Origin: a virus
Lineage: Duplodnaviria > Caudoviricetes
Strand: one strand, 5' to 3'
DNA length: 49,670 nt
IMG/VR virus record: IMGVR_UViG_3300020733_000023
Location: 1-49,670 of that record
Shown here: positions 37,401 to 46,226 of the stretch, one piece after another
Numbering within the stretch: position 1 is the stretch's first letter
How the letters are laid out: every line of letters begins with the position of its first letter
Notes under the pieces: model-generated
What the model was told of the DNA's origin: nothing
The model's input: only the letters and a program-made list of their open reading frames with translations
The model's database searches: none
Program-made: the position numbers and the translations under genes

Positions 37401-39464
37401 AGTAGCTTGTCCTACCACTTGATTAACTTGCTGAGAAACTCCGTTAAGAGCCTGATAGTTATTAGCAGGTGCAACTTGATTTACAGCATCCTCTAACAAA
37501 GTTTTTAGATAGTTTAGTGCTGGTTTATAGTAAACTGAGTCAGCAGCTACCGCGGTATTATACCACTTGTCTGGATTTTCTTGATTAAAATAAGATTTTG
37601 CTGCTGCAATAGTTTGACTATTTCCGCCGCGACCAAGATCGTTAATGATAGCATCAATAATTAATCTAACATCGCGTGGAGTTTTAACAGGATCTGTAAC
37701 GTAAGTTGATGTAAATGGAAATATATTATTAGTAGCTTCATACACCATGAAATTATAAATTTCTTGAGCCATCCACTCTTTATTGAGTGTTAGTAAGGTA
37801 GTTGCATTACGATTAAATGCACCTTTACCAACAAAACTACAAGCATATCCGATAGTTTTAAATGGGGTATCCCATGTTGTTCCGTTAGTTACATAATTGT
37901 CTATACCGGTCGTAGCAACATAAAATACATTTGTTGATTGATTAATTTCATTCCATCTTGGTAGAATAGATCCGTCAGCTTGTGTTGTTGCTCTTAATTC
38001 TTGTCCTACTGTGCCAATCGGTAATGCAACGTTTACAATTTGATTCTGTGAATTATAAGTTGCATAAGTTAAATCTCCTGTAGTATTACCTGCATTATGT
38101 CTTGCATGTAATATTACTGTTACCCAATAGGTATTTGTAGTATCTAGATCTGGTCTAAGTAGACTTGTTGCTGTATGATTCTGTATGCAACGATAGGTAG
38201 CATTTTGCCATACAACAGTGTCACCGATAACATAGGCTGTTGTGGTAGCCCATCTATTTTTCCAAGCAGTACCTGGAACTACATATGACCAATAGGCTGC
38301 ATTAGTGCCAAAGAATGCCAATGCTTGTCCATCGACAGGAGTACCGTTTGGTGCTGCGCTAATCAATAATGTTCCAGGACTTGTAATTCTTACCACACTT
38401 TGTCCAGCAGTAAACCCGACACCATTGATATACATGCCAGTTGTAATGCCAGTTGTACTTGCAACTTTTAATGTTGTTCCTGTACTTCCTGATGCTGTAT
38501 ATGTTGTTGGTACTGAAAATGCTGTAGGATCTTGTCCTGCATTATCCGAAGTCGCAGAAAATAATTGTCCACTTCTTCTTACTACGTCACCTACTTTATA
38601 ATTGACCGATACCGACCAATCATTCATGAATTCGTAACCTTGTGTTAATAAGGTCCAGTCAGTTGCGTCTGTTGATGGAACATTACCTGTGTTATTAACT
38701 GTAACACCGACATAGTCATAACCACCGTACTTGACTACATCACCTGGTTGATACGTTACTGATACACTCCAAGTACTGCTATATTCCTCACCTGGCAAAT
38801 ATAAGGTAAATTTAGTTGGATCAAATGTTGTTGTTGATGTATGATATGTTGAACAAATATAAACGTCAGCATTTAATTTTACAAGATCGTTTGCCTTGTA
38901 ACGTGTGCTTGCTGTCCACAATCCAGTATATTGAATACCATTGTCAACTACAGTCCAGCTGCTGATATCATTTTCAAGACCTAATGCTGCGGTTGCCGCT
39001 GATGTATGTGGGGTTGCACAAGTATAAACAATACCACCGTATTTGACTACATCACCGATTGAATAGATTGTATTAGTTGTCCAAACATTTGACCAGTTTG
39101 CCAATGTAGCATAGATAGCAAATTTAGTTGCATCAAATGTTGATGTACTTGTATGTTGTGTTGTACAAGTATACAGAGCACCGTGATATAAAACAATGTT
39201 ATTGGTAAAATAATAAGTGCTAGGAGTCCAAGATTTTTCCCATACATGCCCAGGTACCAATAACAGCCAGATGTTATAGTTGATACCGCTAAGTGCGACA
39301 ACAGTGTTTAAGTCTGTATTAAAACTTGAAGTTGAAGTATGTACAGCTTGACAAACGTATGTATTACCCTGATAGGTAACAATGTTATCAGTGGTGTATG
39401 AAGTACCTGGCAACCAAGCACCTATATAACTGTATCGTAAACTACTTATTCTAAATTCTGGCAT
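31479..39464 (-). CDS. Large (2661 aa) virion fibre/structural protein, full-length paralog of the 5441-aa protein
   Basis: Same ordered scaffold motifs (LPIG..GQ.LR, YVA.TG.D, GDELR.TVVQP, GTQRPT.G.Y..LDPG.GP, GGKIRA.NGNSSYG, GWDHV.PG, STDQDGNF.VG). Confidence 0.85.
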   Translation of the reverse strand: MPEFRISSLRYSYIGAWLPGTSYTTDNIVTYQGNTYVCQAVHTSTSSFNTDLNTVVALSGINYNIWLLLVPGHVWEKSWTPSTYYFTNNIVLYHGALYTCTTQHTSTSTFDATKFAIYATLANWSNVWTTNTIYSIGDVVKYGGIVYTCATPHTSAATAALGLENDISSWTVVDNGIQYTGLWTASTRYKANDLVKLNADVYICSTYHTSTTTFDPTKFTLYLPGEEYSSTWSVSVTYQPGDVVKYGGYDYVGVTVNNTGNVPSTDATDWTLLTQGYEFMNDWSVSVNYKVGDVVRRSGQLFSATSDNAGQDPTAFSVPTTYTASGSTGTTLKVASTTGITTGMYINGVGFTAGQSVVRITSPGTLLISAAPNGTPVDGQALAFFGTNAAYWSYVVPGTAWKNRWATTTAYVIGDTVVWQNATYRCIQNHTATSLLRPDLDTTNTYWVTVILHARHNAGNTTGDLTYATYNSQNQIVNVALPIGTVGQELRATTQADGSILPRWNEINQSTNVFYVATTGIDNYVTNGTTWDTPFKTIGYACSFVGKGAFNRNATTLLTLNKEWMAQEIYNFMVYEATNNIFPFTSTYVTDPVKTPRDVRLIIDAIINDLGRGGNSQTIAAAKSYFNQENPDKWYNTAVAADSVYYKPALNYLKTLLEDAVNQVAPANNYQALNGVSQQVNQVVGQATAESGAVAGVDTLIGYVITAITNATGNNLPAPNAGISVTIMVKTGTFPETLPISVPENCAIVGDELRGTVVQPKLIINTTITASTKATNTFTAASTTGMYDRCPVQFVTSNPDTPLNIVPFEVVATNFVGSITGTTLTVTTVVSGTLQSGFYLVAPGLVLGTTITGQLSSTATGNALGTTGTYSISGSAQNLAQTTFTGGTMTAGQTYYVIGSTLTSTTFQVSATAGGAAVQLVGGTGLMQVFGGDAIQDMFRMRNATGLRNVTLVGKLGTLTAANTFGTQRPTGGSYVALDPGTGPNDTNVWIIRRSPYIQNVTTFGIGCTGFKIDGSLHNGGNKSMVSNDFTQVIQDGIGVWCYGTGALTECISVFSYYAYSAYYAEAGGKIRAANGNSSYGQYGAIAEGYDTTESPITGKIYNQFFGATATVQSAFGTNANLLSITYQNAGQQYTQATTNLLKYSGNYIGQFSSQPWLDTNGLSTLASPALLLQINQTSPDGNVNAWTASSFNSSVGIAQTVTIPTSGGSYSAIPVVNIASSGIGALFNVSVSATAYTVTLNYPGAPNAGYSIGDTFRILGSLVGGLDSVNDIVITVATLTASASSIATFTYGGAVPSGAAMNYVLSQYVYQGTSPTVNLTATFGSTYVSGITYNFAANTVTPFSTNGGFTPILYGVVNQNNGWFRIWFAAYDPSAAQTTLQYTIYPSAVNGQTTKLYGAQLERNATTLGFYLTTNNNTFTAYADYIITGAGNSVQTVGEELRTNAVFQTRQTDPGTGVGGQGYLTASNDAQAGTVQYVTLSQADANQPTNYVGMRVFINSGTGAGQYGYISNYNTTTKNAYVLKESFTNLQVVSTSSTNNYLTLANGTNLGQLYLGQPIQFIPTYYTTTTIATSQTTIIITSSLAGSGTGFGQPNCFYTSNTAQLYVGMPVTFTGTVFGGVITNFQYYVSAIIDGNNFQVSVTLALTPISLLTVASGSMGMAIPGGTNYLTATSTSNMTPCMPVQFTGSTLGGGNITDGTIYYVQDVIDSTTFSIANALTNILISTTDSASGLLTTTSTTNLLALTPIIFSSGLIGGVSSSQKYYISNISSNGTQFNITSNLKTTTATVANGANSRITVASTAGMVVGNPIKFIGNPFGGITAGQTYYIAGVFTGAITITTTVGGGAFPVQNGAGSMIVNTSGTPVVLTSNTGGTMIGTTTSAKVALSYTTGSMNTIYSTSLFGGVQAGQTYYILNINPGTPNTIQIATTAAGGASAVNLTTGTGNMQFGWVGWDHVNPGTPPVASLDITSVYFIEPRLTYSLPPFSQTTGNAVVLTTGVYANIAYSNYMWMAIANAGNSVSVTTDGTTWSSQALPISGSWSSIAGGNSSWVIVQSGSQQALYSNNNGAVFNTTNLPSLTTWSSVQYGNGFYVALASGTNTSAFSTTLGQSWSGITLPQVNSWTNIAYGSGTFVALAPASTTYGYIQTQGTSTITGWSVGTLPVGNNWTSICYGGNKFVAISNPAGSPIYSFDGVTWNVSPYSFSADKISYGQGVFVAVSSSTGTAYTSEDGIIWTTQTIAASGYQNIAFGYTASTAASPYNGVFVTISGDASSTSQIFAGCRAKGRGVIFSGVMSSVNMFEPGSNYAAGTGAGSAVLTIFDPNVTTLSAPVTRLGNMTLAGPTFANRGLGYNTNTTTIYINGTGYADNYQTGLNLYVNNLSLAVRPGDDLTITGDPNIYKVTSCKVLNGTTAPNITALLTVSPGILTSLATANGNSFIIREKYSQCRMTNHDFLNIGFGDQYQSGYPGLPLSTSLGVTGVAAGNQTVEINYGRIFFSSTDQDGNFKVGNLFAVQQATGTVTISASQFNLSGLTQLTLQGVAIGSSQIVITQFSTDATFVANSDAIVPTQKAIRSYLSSRLSQGGSNTSTGQVTSGDVIIGGPNVIDNSIRQVSGPKANSASIKFQAKANFNGNNGFGQLDGNAFALDFFIKNGSRRGTF

Positions 39465-39486
39465 GTTAAATTCCTGTCTTGTTAGT

Positions 39487-39494
39487 TACTTATC
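39487..39494 (-). promoter_or_regulatory. Possible variant late promoter
   Basis: GATAAGTA (one mismatch to GATAAATA) at the equivalent distance upstream of 39464. Confidence 0.45.
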
Positions 39495-39514
39495 AATATA
39501 TTTTTATGGTAAAA

Positions 39515-39907
39515 TTAACTAACGTAATTATATGTTGTTGTTGCAGTACTGTAGTTATAAGTCTGATTAACTCTAGCTACTAGTACACCTTGACTATTAA
39601 TATAGTAATACATGTTTCTTTGATCCCAACGATATTGATCAAAGTTTAAATTTGGATAAGGACGGCTGTGATCCGATGCTAGGCGACCATCAAAGAAATC
39701 AACACCCCATTCAAATGCTTCAAAGTTGTTTTGAGCAGGGCCCGGCACGTTTATACTAATACCTTCGTTACTGGTCAGTTGATCAATTTTATCAAAATAT
39801 AGTCCACCGTTTTGTGTTCTGCGTAAGGCATAGAAATATCGTGGATTACCTGTTCCTAGGTTATCTTGTTGATTAAATTCGCCTGCGTAAAATGGAGTAC
39901 CTGCCAT
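39515..39907 (-). CDS. Hypothetical virion-associated protein
   Basis: 130-aa ORF with AGGA RBS, tightly packed in the structural operon; aromatic-rich (YFYALRR, DQYRWD..NMYYYIN..G.LV.RVN). Confidence 0.7.
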   Translation of the reverse strand: MAGTPFYAGEFNQQDNLGTGNPRYFYALRRTQNGGLYFDKIDQLTSNEGISINVPGPAQNNFEAFEWGVDFFDGRLASDHSRPYPNLNFDQYRWDQRNMYYYINSQGVLVARVNQTYNYSTATTTYNYVS

Positions 39908-39920
39908 GATCTATTCCTTG

Positions 39921-40508
39921 TTATTGAATTGTTATGTAACTTGCAATACAGTCAATGCTGCTTGCAATAGAACTGATAACGTTAACTGTCATACTTGGTC
40001 CTAGCACTAGTTTTTCGCCACCGTTGATTAATTTTAAACTTTGATTAGCTGGTATTGTAATACCATATGCAAAACTAGCTGCATTGTTATTGTTTGTACC
40101 ATCTACTAGATACACTGTTGCTTGCACAAGATTAGGAGTAGTATTGGTCAATGTTAAACCTACCATTGTAATTCTCGCATTAGCTGCTGATGTCACTATC
40201 GATGTTGCACCAGTTATAGTAGCTGTCAGTGTACCAGATCCCGATCCAGTAACAAGATTGCTTCCGCCTAATTGTGTGCTCACTGTTACTGAACTATTAG
40301 TTGAGTTAATCGATGTGATATAATATTGTTGATTTAATGTAATATTGCCAAATGCTGTTACGCCTGAAAATACTATAGGCATTCCTGGAATTAGTCCAGA
40401 GATGCTGGTTAGAACTATACCGCTCGACGTACTCGACGTAGCTGTTGTAGTTACTGTTGCTGTTGGTCCTATTCCTGGAAATAAACCATTACCGAATGTT
40501 GTTGCCAT
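39921..40508 (-). CDS. Small adaptor-like structural protein carrying an inserted ~85-aa beta module
   Basis: Core (T..GLTLTN, IPANQSL, GEKLVL, SIDC..SYI) resembles 45879..46217; residues ~17-100 are the GL..G.PIVFSG..FG.I....YYI module found in the giant proteins. Confidence 0.7.
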   Translation of the reverse strand: MATTFGNGLFPGIGPTATVTTTATSSTSSGIVLTSISGLIPGMPIVFSGVTAFGNITLNQQYYITSINSTNSSVTVSTQLGGSNLVTGSGSGTLTATITGATSIVTSAANARITMVGLTLTNTTPNLVQATVYLVDGTNNNNAASFAYGITIPANQSLKLINGGEKLVLGPSMTVNVISSIASSIDCIASYITIQ

Positions 40509-40512
40509 TGTC

Positions 40513-42201
40513 TTATCCTAATGATAGTGCTATTGCGATACCAATATCTTGTGCTGTTGCTGCGGTAACACCTGCGCTAGTACCTGCAACTGATGTCCAT
40601 GCTGTACCGTTCCATACTTCTACATATTGTGAATCAGTATTAAATCTAATCATACCAGTTTCATAAACAACTGGCCTATCAGTTGTTGAATTACCGTACG
40701 GTAGTACTACCCCGTTTGATCCGGCAAGTTTTACATAACCTAAACCAGTTTCACTAAAAAGTGTAATACCGCCTGATTGAATATTTGTAATACTATTCTG
40801 ATAATATCTTAAATTACCTAATACTACTCCGCCTGTACCAGTTGTGGTAATATTAATATCTGTACCAGCTGACAAGCTAGAAATTGTTGCATTAGTTACT
40901 TGCAAATTACTTGTTTGTATAGTTGGAGTATACAATTTAGTATTGTCAATAGTAACTGTTATTACGTTATTATTATAAAATCTTATTGTGTTATCTGCTG
41001 CGCCTGGGGTTAACTCAGGTGTGATTCGTGTTGCACCGTCATTGCTGATAACGCCGCCCAATTGTAACCAATTGCCACTGGTGTAGCCTTCATATCGTGA
41101 ACGATCTGTATTATAGCGAATTTGTCCTGCTACTGGACTAGCTGGACGCTGTAGATCTGTACCAGCCGGAATTTGTAAACTTGTTGTACTGTTAATTACA
41201 ACTGTACCTAAACCTTGGGGAGTTAAGGTAATGTTTGAATCTACGGCAGTATCGGTAATTGTGCTACCGGTAATTTTTAAATTACCTAATACTACTCCAC
41301 CTGTACCGTTTGTTTGAAGCGTAAAGTCACTGTTAGTTACACTTGTTGTAATAGTATTTCCACTAATAGTAACGTTACCGATGTTAGCTACACCTGTGTT
41401 GACTGTTTCAGTATATAGATAACGCCATAGTGCATTTGAAGCACCAATATCATATCTGTTTGTTGTAAGTGGAATTAAATTACTAGCAACTTCACCTGTA
41501 AAACTAACCGTAACGTTTGCTTGTACTGTTACAAGATTACTGATCGCTGAAGTATTTGATTGACTAAGTGTTAGTACGTTACCGTTAATAACTGTAACAA
41601 CTGCACCGACTCCAATTCCGGTGCCAGTAACATAATATCCTACGTTGATACCAGCAGCACTTGCCACTGTAATTGTGTATTCACCGTAGTTACCTGATGC
41701 TAAAATAGTAAATGTTGCACCAAGTTGGATGTTACCGTCAGCTGTGATATTACCTGTTACGTGTAGGCTACCATTAACTGTAGTGGGACCGTTTAGATTA
41801 ATTTGTCCGGTACCGCTAGCTGCAATATTAATTAAGGTCTGCGTACCTAATGTACTGATAGTATTATTAGATAGCTGTAGTTGTCCAACTTGTAGTGTTG
41901 TTTGATATACTACAGGATTTGTTCCACCATTGGCACTTAGATTTAATACCGAGCTAGTGCTTGTAATATTGTTGCCAGAAAAACTAATAGTACCTAGTGT
42001 ACTTGTACCTGGAACTGTTAAATTTGTTGTACGGGTTGTACCGTTTACTGTAAGGTCATTCGTAGGAGATGCAGTGTTAATACCAACACGAGAGTTGACA
42101 ACATCAAGATAAAGTAGACTCGTCTCAAAGGCTAACGGCACACCATTACGTGTGAGGTTATTCTTTAAGAGCGGACCCGTAATTCGACCAACAGCAGCCA
42201 T
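40513..42201 (-). CDS. Fibre-like virion structural protein
   Basis: GRI.G.LL.NNLTRNG start, RVGINT.SP, GN...SGNTI repeats, two P.G....RP....G.IR.NT motifs, ITPELTPG.ADNT.RF; paralog of 42372..45122. Confidence 0.75.
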   Translation of the reverse strand: MAAVGRITGPLLKNNLTRNGVPLAFETSLLYLDVVNSRVGINTASPTNDLTVNGTTRTTNLTVPGTSTLGTISFSGNNITSTSSVLNLSANGGTNPVVYQTTLQVGQLQLSNNTISTLGTQTLINIAASGTGQINLNGPTTVNGSLHVTGNITADGNIQLGATFTILASGNYGEYTITVASAAGINVGYYVTGTGIGVGAVVTVINGNVLTLSQSNTSAISNLVTVQANVTVSFTGEVASNLIPLTTNRYDIGASNALWRYLYTETVNTGVANIGNVTISGNTITTSVTNSDFTLQTNGTGGVVLGNLKITGSTITDTAVDSNITLTPQGLGTVVINSTTSLQIPAGTDLQRPASPVAGQIRYNTDRSRYEGYTSGNWLQLGGVISNDGATRITPELTPGAADNTIRFYNNNVITVTIDNTKLYTPTIQTSNLQVTNATISSLSAGTDINITTTGTGGVVLGNLRYYQNSITNIQSGGITLFSETGLGYVKLAGSNGVVLPYGNSTTDRPVVYETGMIRFNTDSQYVEVWNGTAWTSVAGTSAGVTAATAQDIGIAIALSLG

Positions 42202-42335
42202 GCGCTCTCCAATTGACCCCGTGTTTCACGGTTAACCACTTTGGAAGTACAACAACTACTTCTTCATCCCTCTCGGGCTCTTTGCGGGTTTACCACAGTT
42301 GAATTTCGTAAAAACTTGGTCAGTTTTTACATTAA
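42202..42335 (-). other. Candidate structured 5' leader RNA
   Basis: Longest non-coding gap in the block, with four hairpins (42308-42330, 42268-42277, 42244-42262, 42219-42231) between a late promoter and the GGAG RBS. Confidence 0.5.
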
Positions 42336-42338
42336 TAG

Positions 42339-42346
42339 TATTTAGC
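42339..42346 (-). promoter_or_regulatory. T4-like late promoter
   Basis: GCTAAATA on - strand (CAGCTAAATAC, identical to the site at 48877). Confidence 0.65.
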
Positions 42347-42371
42347 TGTTTTGAATTTTTGGGCTTGTTTA

Positions 42372-45122
42372 TTAGCCCAAAACTAGAGACCAAAATTCCA
42401 TAACTTCATAGACTTGGCTGTTTGTTAGTACTGGACTAATACCTGAAATAGGTATCCAGCCATTGATTACAGAATAAACTTCGCCGGCGTTGGCTACTGT
42501 GCTAAATCGAGTTGTGCCTTGCTCTGGATTGCTAGGGCGAGTAGAATTGTCGCCGTAGGGAATTACTATACCGCCGGTGCCTGTAAATTTAACATAACCT
42601 GTTCCGGTAGCACCTATTGTAAATGCAGAGTCTAATGTATTAGGAATAGTACTGCCTGTAAGTACTAGCTGTGAGGCTATCCCGGTATTGATATTAACAT
42701 TACCGCTAGCAGGGCTAAGTGTAACATCTGTAGCACCAATTGCTACCCGATTACTAGTAAATGTAACTGATGGATTTCCAAATGTGCCTACTGTACCTGC
42801 GGCTAGCGCACTTGCGTATAATTTACTAGTATCAACTGCTGCAATTAAATTGCCGCCTGCGGTAAATCTCAAAGTATTATCTGCTAGCCCCGGAGTTAGC
42901 TCTGGAGTAACATAAGTTGTTCTACTGGTATCCCACAAGTTAGTAAAACTAACTAGTCCGCTAGGCTGGTATCCTTCAAAAATATTGTATTTTTTGTTTA
43001 GTCGTATCTCACCATTTTGTGATAATGTGCGCCCTGTTTTGCTAACATAGCTAAAAGTACCGGGACTATTCGCTAGTCCTGCAGGAACAGTATAAGGAAT
43101 AAAGTGTCCACTATCGCTGTAAAATGCGGCTGCTTTTTGATATGATGTTACATAAAGTGTTACACCGTCGATACTAGTTCCTGTTCCGGACCAAGTACCA
43201 ATAGCGTTATTTAGAGTTGGAATATTATAGGGCCAAGATGCAGAATTTCCTGCTACGCTAGTTGGTGCTGAAATAGTGTATGGATTATAGTCATTGCCGT
43301 AGGCTAATTGTAAAGCATTAGTACCGGTGATAGTAAATATGCCAGCACCGTTAGGAACAAAGGTAATACTGTTATCAGCATCATTAGTTGGGCTAGGATT
43401 ACTATTGCTAATATCATTTTGATTAAATCGTAAATTGCCTATGTAAAGGCCGCCAGTGCCATTGGCTTTTAATGTTAAATCAGTATTGGGCGCAGTATTT
43501 GAAATAGTATTTGTAGTACCATCAACAGTAATATTACTAGCATTATAAAAGCTACTGTAAGTTGTACCAAAATAAGTATTTCTCCATAGTGTATTAGAAT
43601 CACCAATGTGATAAGTTGTATCACTAGGAACACTACCGATATAATGCCAGGGCGGCGGAATTAAGCTACTGTTAATACCGTTTAAACTAACAATACCTAA
43701 TGCAATATTGCCATCAAGGGTAATATCGCCAGTAGAGTGCATGTTGCCATAGATAGTACTGCTAGGTGCGGTCAATGACATAATACCGTATACACTAGCT
43801 GTCATTGTTCCAGCATCGCTAGTTACCCCAAACACTGTGCCACCAATTTGTTCAGTAATTGTTATATGACTGGTATCTACTACATCATGAACATAATATT
43901 TCTGCCCTATTACAATACTACCAAATGCTGTTCCTGAAAAAATAATAGGATAACCAACTTGTATAGTATTAGTATTCTGCGTTAGTGTAATTAAATTCCC
44001 ACTGGGATTTGTTAAGGTAACAGTAAATGTACCTATAGGACTAAAATTTAAATCTTGATTAGGAGTAGTTGATGGGTATGTTGCTGCTCCGCCACTTTGT
44101 ATTGTATTTGTAGGACCGTACACCGCGATATCGCCGCCCTGCATACCTCTTGATATAGTAATACCTGTAGGACCTTTTGCTTGTAGTAAAAATTTAGTAC
44201 CTGATACCGCAGTAAGCGATGTTTGTGGTATAAAATTTGTTGAATATAATGCAGTACCTGATACTACTCTAACGTAGGTAATATATGCATTAATATTATT
44301 TGTATTACTGTTACGAGCACCAATAGTAAAAGGCGCACTAGTATTAATTGCTTGATTACCAGTAAATGTAGTAGTTCCAACTAATCCACCATCAATGAAT
44401 ACGTTTACTGTAGTACCCGTACGAACTGCGGCAAAATGATGCCATGCATTTGCAGTTGGGCTACTGAATGCTATAGAAATATTAGTGTTAGTTGTAGTTC
44501 TAGTAAACCAAGTCATCTGTACTGCACTGGTTACAGATAACATATACTCTAATCCTAGAGTATCGTCCCATTTACCAAAGAAAACTCCGCCTGTTGGAAT
44601 AGTACCGTAGTAAAACCAACCTTCAACAGTATAGTCTGCATTACCTAGACTTAACGGATTTGATAGTGCTACTGATAATGAATTACTACCTGTAAATCGT
44701 ACACTACCAAAGTCAGGATTAGCACCTGGTTCATTTGAACTGTACGTTGCATTACCTATGTTAACTATTGTACTGTTTGTAGTGCTAATGTCAGTGATAG
44801 TTGCTGGTGCTGGACTTGGTACAACATTAATAGTACCTAGCGGATAAGAAATTGTATTGGTAGTAACAGTCCAATTATTTTGAAATGTTGAAAGAGTGTC
44901 TACTAAGAAATTTGTACTAGTTGTAGTGCTACCACTAGCATTATAAACATAAAGTTCATTTAGCGGACTTGCACTACCAATACCAATCTTTCGATTATTA
45001 CTGCCGCCAAGATATAATACAGTATCGCTGATACCTGTATTGCTGAATTGCAGGTCAAGACCGTTACGTGTGAGATTGTTAGCTAGTAAATTACCGCTGA
45101 TTCGCCCCATTGCAGCTGACAT
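42372..45122 (-). CDS. Fibre-like virion protein with LamG/concanavalin A-like domain
   Basis: GSVRF.G, DYTVEGWFY, WHHFAAVR.G....VFIDG, YI..VRV..GTALY..NF.P LamG-like motifs; N- and C-terminal parts paralogous to 40513..42201. Confidence 0.75.
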   Translation of the reverse strand: MSAAMGRISGNLLANNLTRNGLDLQFSNTGISDTVLYLGGSNNRKIGIGSASPLNELYVYNASGSTTTSTNFLVDTLSTFQNNWTVTTNTISYPLGTINVVPSPAPATITDISTTNSTIVNIGNATYSSNEPGANPDFGSVRFTGSNSLSVALSNPLSLGNADYTVEGWFYYGTIPTGGVFFGKWDDTLGLEYMLSVTSAVQMTWFTRTTTNTNISIAFSSPTANAWHHFAAVRTGTTVNVFIDGGLVGTTTFTGNQAINTSAPFTIGARNSNTNNINAYITYVRVVSGTALYSTNFIPQTSLTAVSGTKFLLQAKGPTGITISRGMQGGDIAVYGPTNTIQSGGAATYPSTTPNQDLNFSPIGTFTVTLTNPSGNLITLTQNTNTIQVGYPIIFSGTAFGSIVIGQKYYVHDVVDTSHITITEQIGGTVFGVTSDAGTMTASVYGIMSLTAPSSTIYGNMHSTGDITLDGNIALGIVSLNGINSSLIPPPWHYIGSVPSDTTYHIGDSNTLWRNTYFGTTYSSFYNASNITVDGTTNTISNTAPNTDLTLKANGTGGLYIGNLRFNQNDISNSNPSPTNDADNSITFVPNGAGIFTITGTNALQLAYGNDYNPYTISAPTSVAGNSASWPYNIPTLNNAIGTWSGTGTSIDGVTLYVTSYQKAAAFYSDSGHFIPYTVPAGLANSPGTFSYVSKTGRTLSQNGEIRLNKKYNIFEGYQPSGLVSFTNLWDTSRTTYVTPELTPGLADNTLRFTAGGNLIAAVDTSKLYASALAAGTVGTFGNPSVTFTSNRVAIGATDVTLSPASGNVNINTGIASQLVLTGSTIPNTLDSAFTIGATGTGYVKFTGTGGIVIPYGDNSTRPSNPEQGTTRFSTVANAGEVYSVINGWIPISGISPVLTNSQVYEVMEFWSLVLG

Positions 45123-45132
45123 CTGCTACTCC

Positions 45133-45879
45133 TTATTGATCAAAACCGATCAATGCTGTTACTGGTTTACCTACTAGTCCAATGTATTCAATAGAATCAA
45201 CGTTAAATGTTATGTACCAACCAGAAGCAGCAGTAAACGTTAGTGTAGTTCCGCTATTAATTGTTCCAGTAAGTGGTTTGCTTAAACTTACAGTATGATC
45301 ACTATCAACTGTTGCAACTGTGCCGGATTGAATACTTGCACTGCCTGTAACTATTGAACCTTGTGGAATAACCTTAGTTGCTTGGCTTCCTGAAACACCA
45401 AATGTTAATTCACTGCCACTAGTAACTGTTGTAGTTGTTGCTACAGTGGCTACTGGATTTTGTGTTAGTGTATAATTTGATGTATAAAGTTGTGGAACGT
45501 TTTCAATGTAGACAAATATATTAGATCCAGACCAAGTAGCGCCATTAGCTACCACAGTAGGCGGTGCTGGATTCAGCGGACCATAATATGCTGTATATCC
45601 ATCGAGGTTACCTAGCGTCTGTTGGGTAATCTGTCCTGATTCTTTATAACGAACATTGCGCCATGTTGCACTTGCGCCTTCGTAAATCTCAACTTCGTTA
45701 GTATCAGTATTATAGCGCATCATACCAACTACTGGGCTAACCGGACGTTGGGCAGTTGTGCCGCTTGGCATCAACATATTGTTAGTAGTATTCATAACAA
45801 TACTATCAGTCATGTCTACATACATGCGTCTGTCAAAAATTGCTCGACGATTTAACTGTTGTTGTCTAAGGTATCTCAT
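45133..45879 (-). CDS. Virion structural protein
   Basis: PSGTTAQRP..P..GMMRYNTDTN..E.Y motif and VYIENVPQ motif typical of T4-like structural proteins. Confidence 0.7.
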   Translation of the reverse strand: MRYLRQQQLNRRAIFDRRMYVDMTDSIVMNTTNNMLMPSGTTAQRPVSPVVGMMRYNTDTNEVEIYEGASATWRNVRYKESGQITQQTLGNLDGYTAYYGPLNPAPPTVVANGATWSGSNIFVYIENVPQLYTSNYTLTQNPVATVATTTTVTSGSELTFGVSGSQATKVIPQGSIVTGSASIQSGTVATVDSDHTVSLSKPLTGTINSGTTLTFTAASGWYITFNVDSIEYIGLVGKPVTALIGFDQ

Positions 45880-46217
45880 TATACTGGTAAGTTACTAACT
45901 GTTGCTGTTAAATTTGTTGTGTCGCTTTTTGCCACTAGCTTGTCACCGTTAGCCAGGACCATTTTTTCTTGATCGAAGCTTACAGTTTCGCCTGCTGGAA
46001 TTGGTAGTTTGTTAACAATTAATTGTGAACTTAGTCCAACTGATGCGCCACTTGGTACTGCATACAAATACAAATATGATAGACCTGTTAATGGATTTGC
46101 TGGATCGTAAACAACAGTATTGCAAACTATGACTGTAGTAATAGCATCACCATTAGTACTATTGCTAGTAAAAAGTGTAGTGTTGGTAGTTCCAATTGCT
46201 TGGTTTGATATTGCCAT
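45879..46217 (-). CDS. Small adaptor-like structural protein
   Basis: AITT.IVCN, L.IPAGET..FD.EKMVL.NGD.L.A, TATVS; same fold pattern as the other ~110-aa genes. Confidence 0.7.
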   Translation of the reverse strand: MAISNQAIGTTNTTLFTSNSTNGDAITTVIVCNTVVYDPANPLTGLSYLYLYAVPSGASVGLSSQLIVNKLPIPAGETVSFDQEKMVLANGDKLVAKSDTTNLTATVSNLPV

Positions 46218-46226
46218 GTTTGTTCC

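Noticed and set aside
42270-42296. GGTAAACC...GCAAAG resemblance to a c-di-GMP-I riboswitch
   Set aside because: The two elements are adjacent rather than flanking the GNRA-capped stem, and no tetraloop receptor is evident; kept only as an unassigned structured leader.
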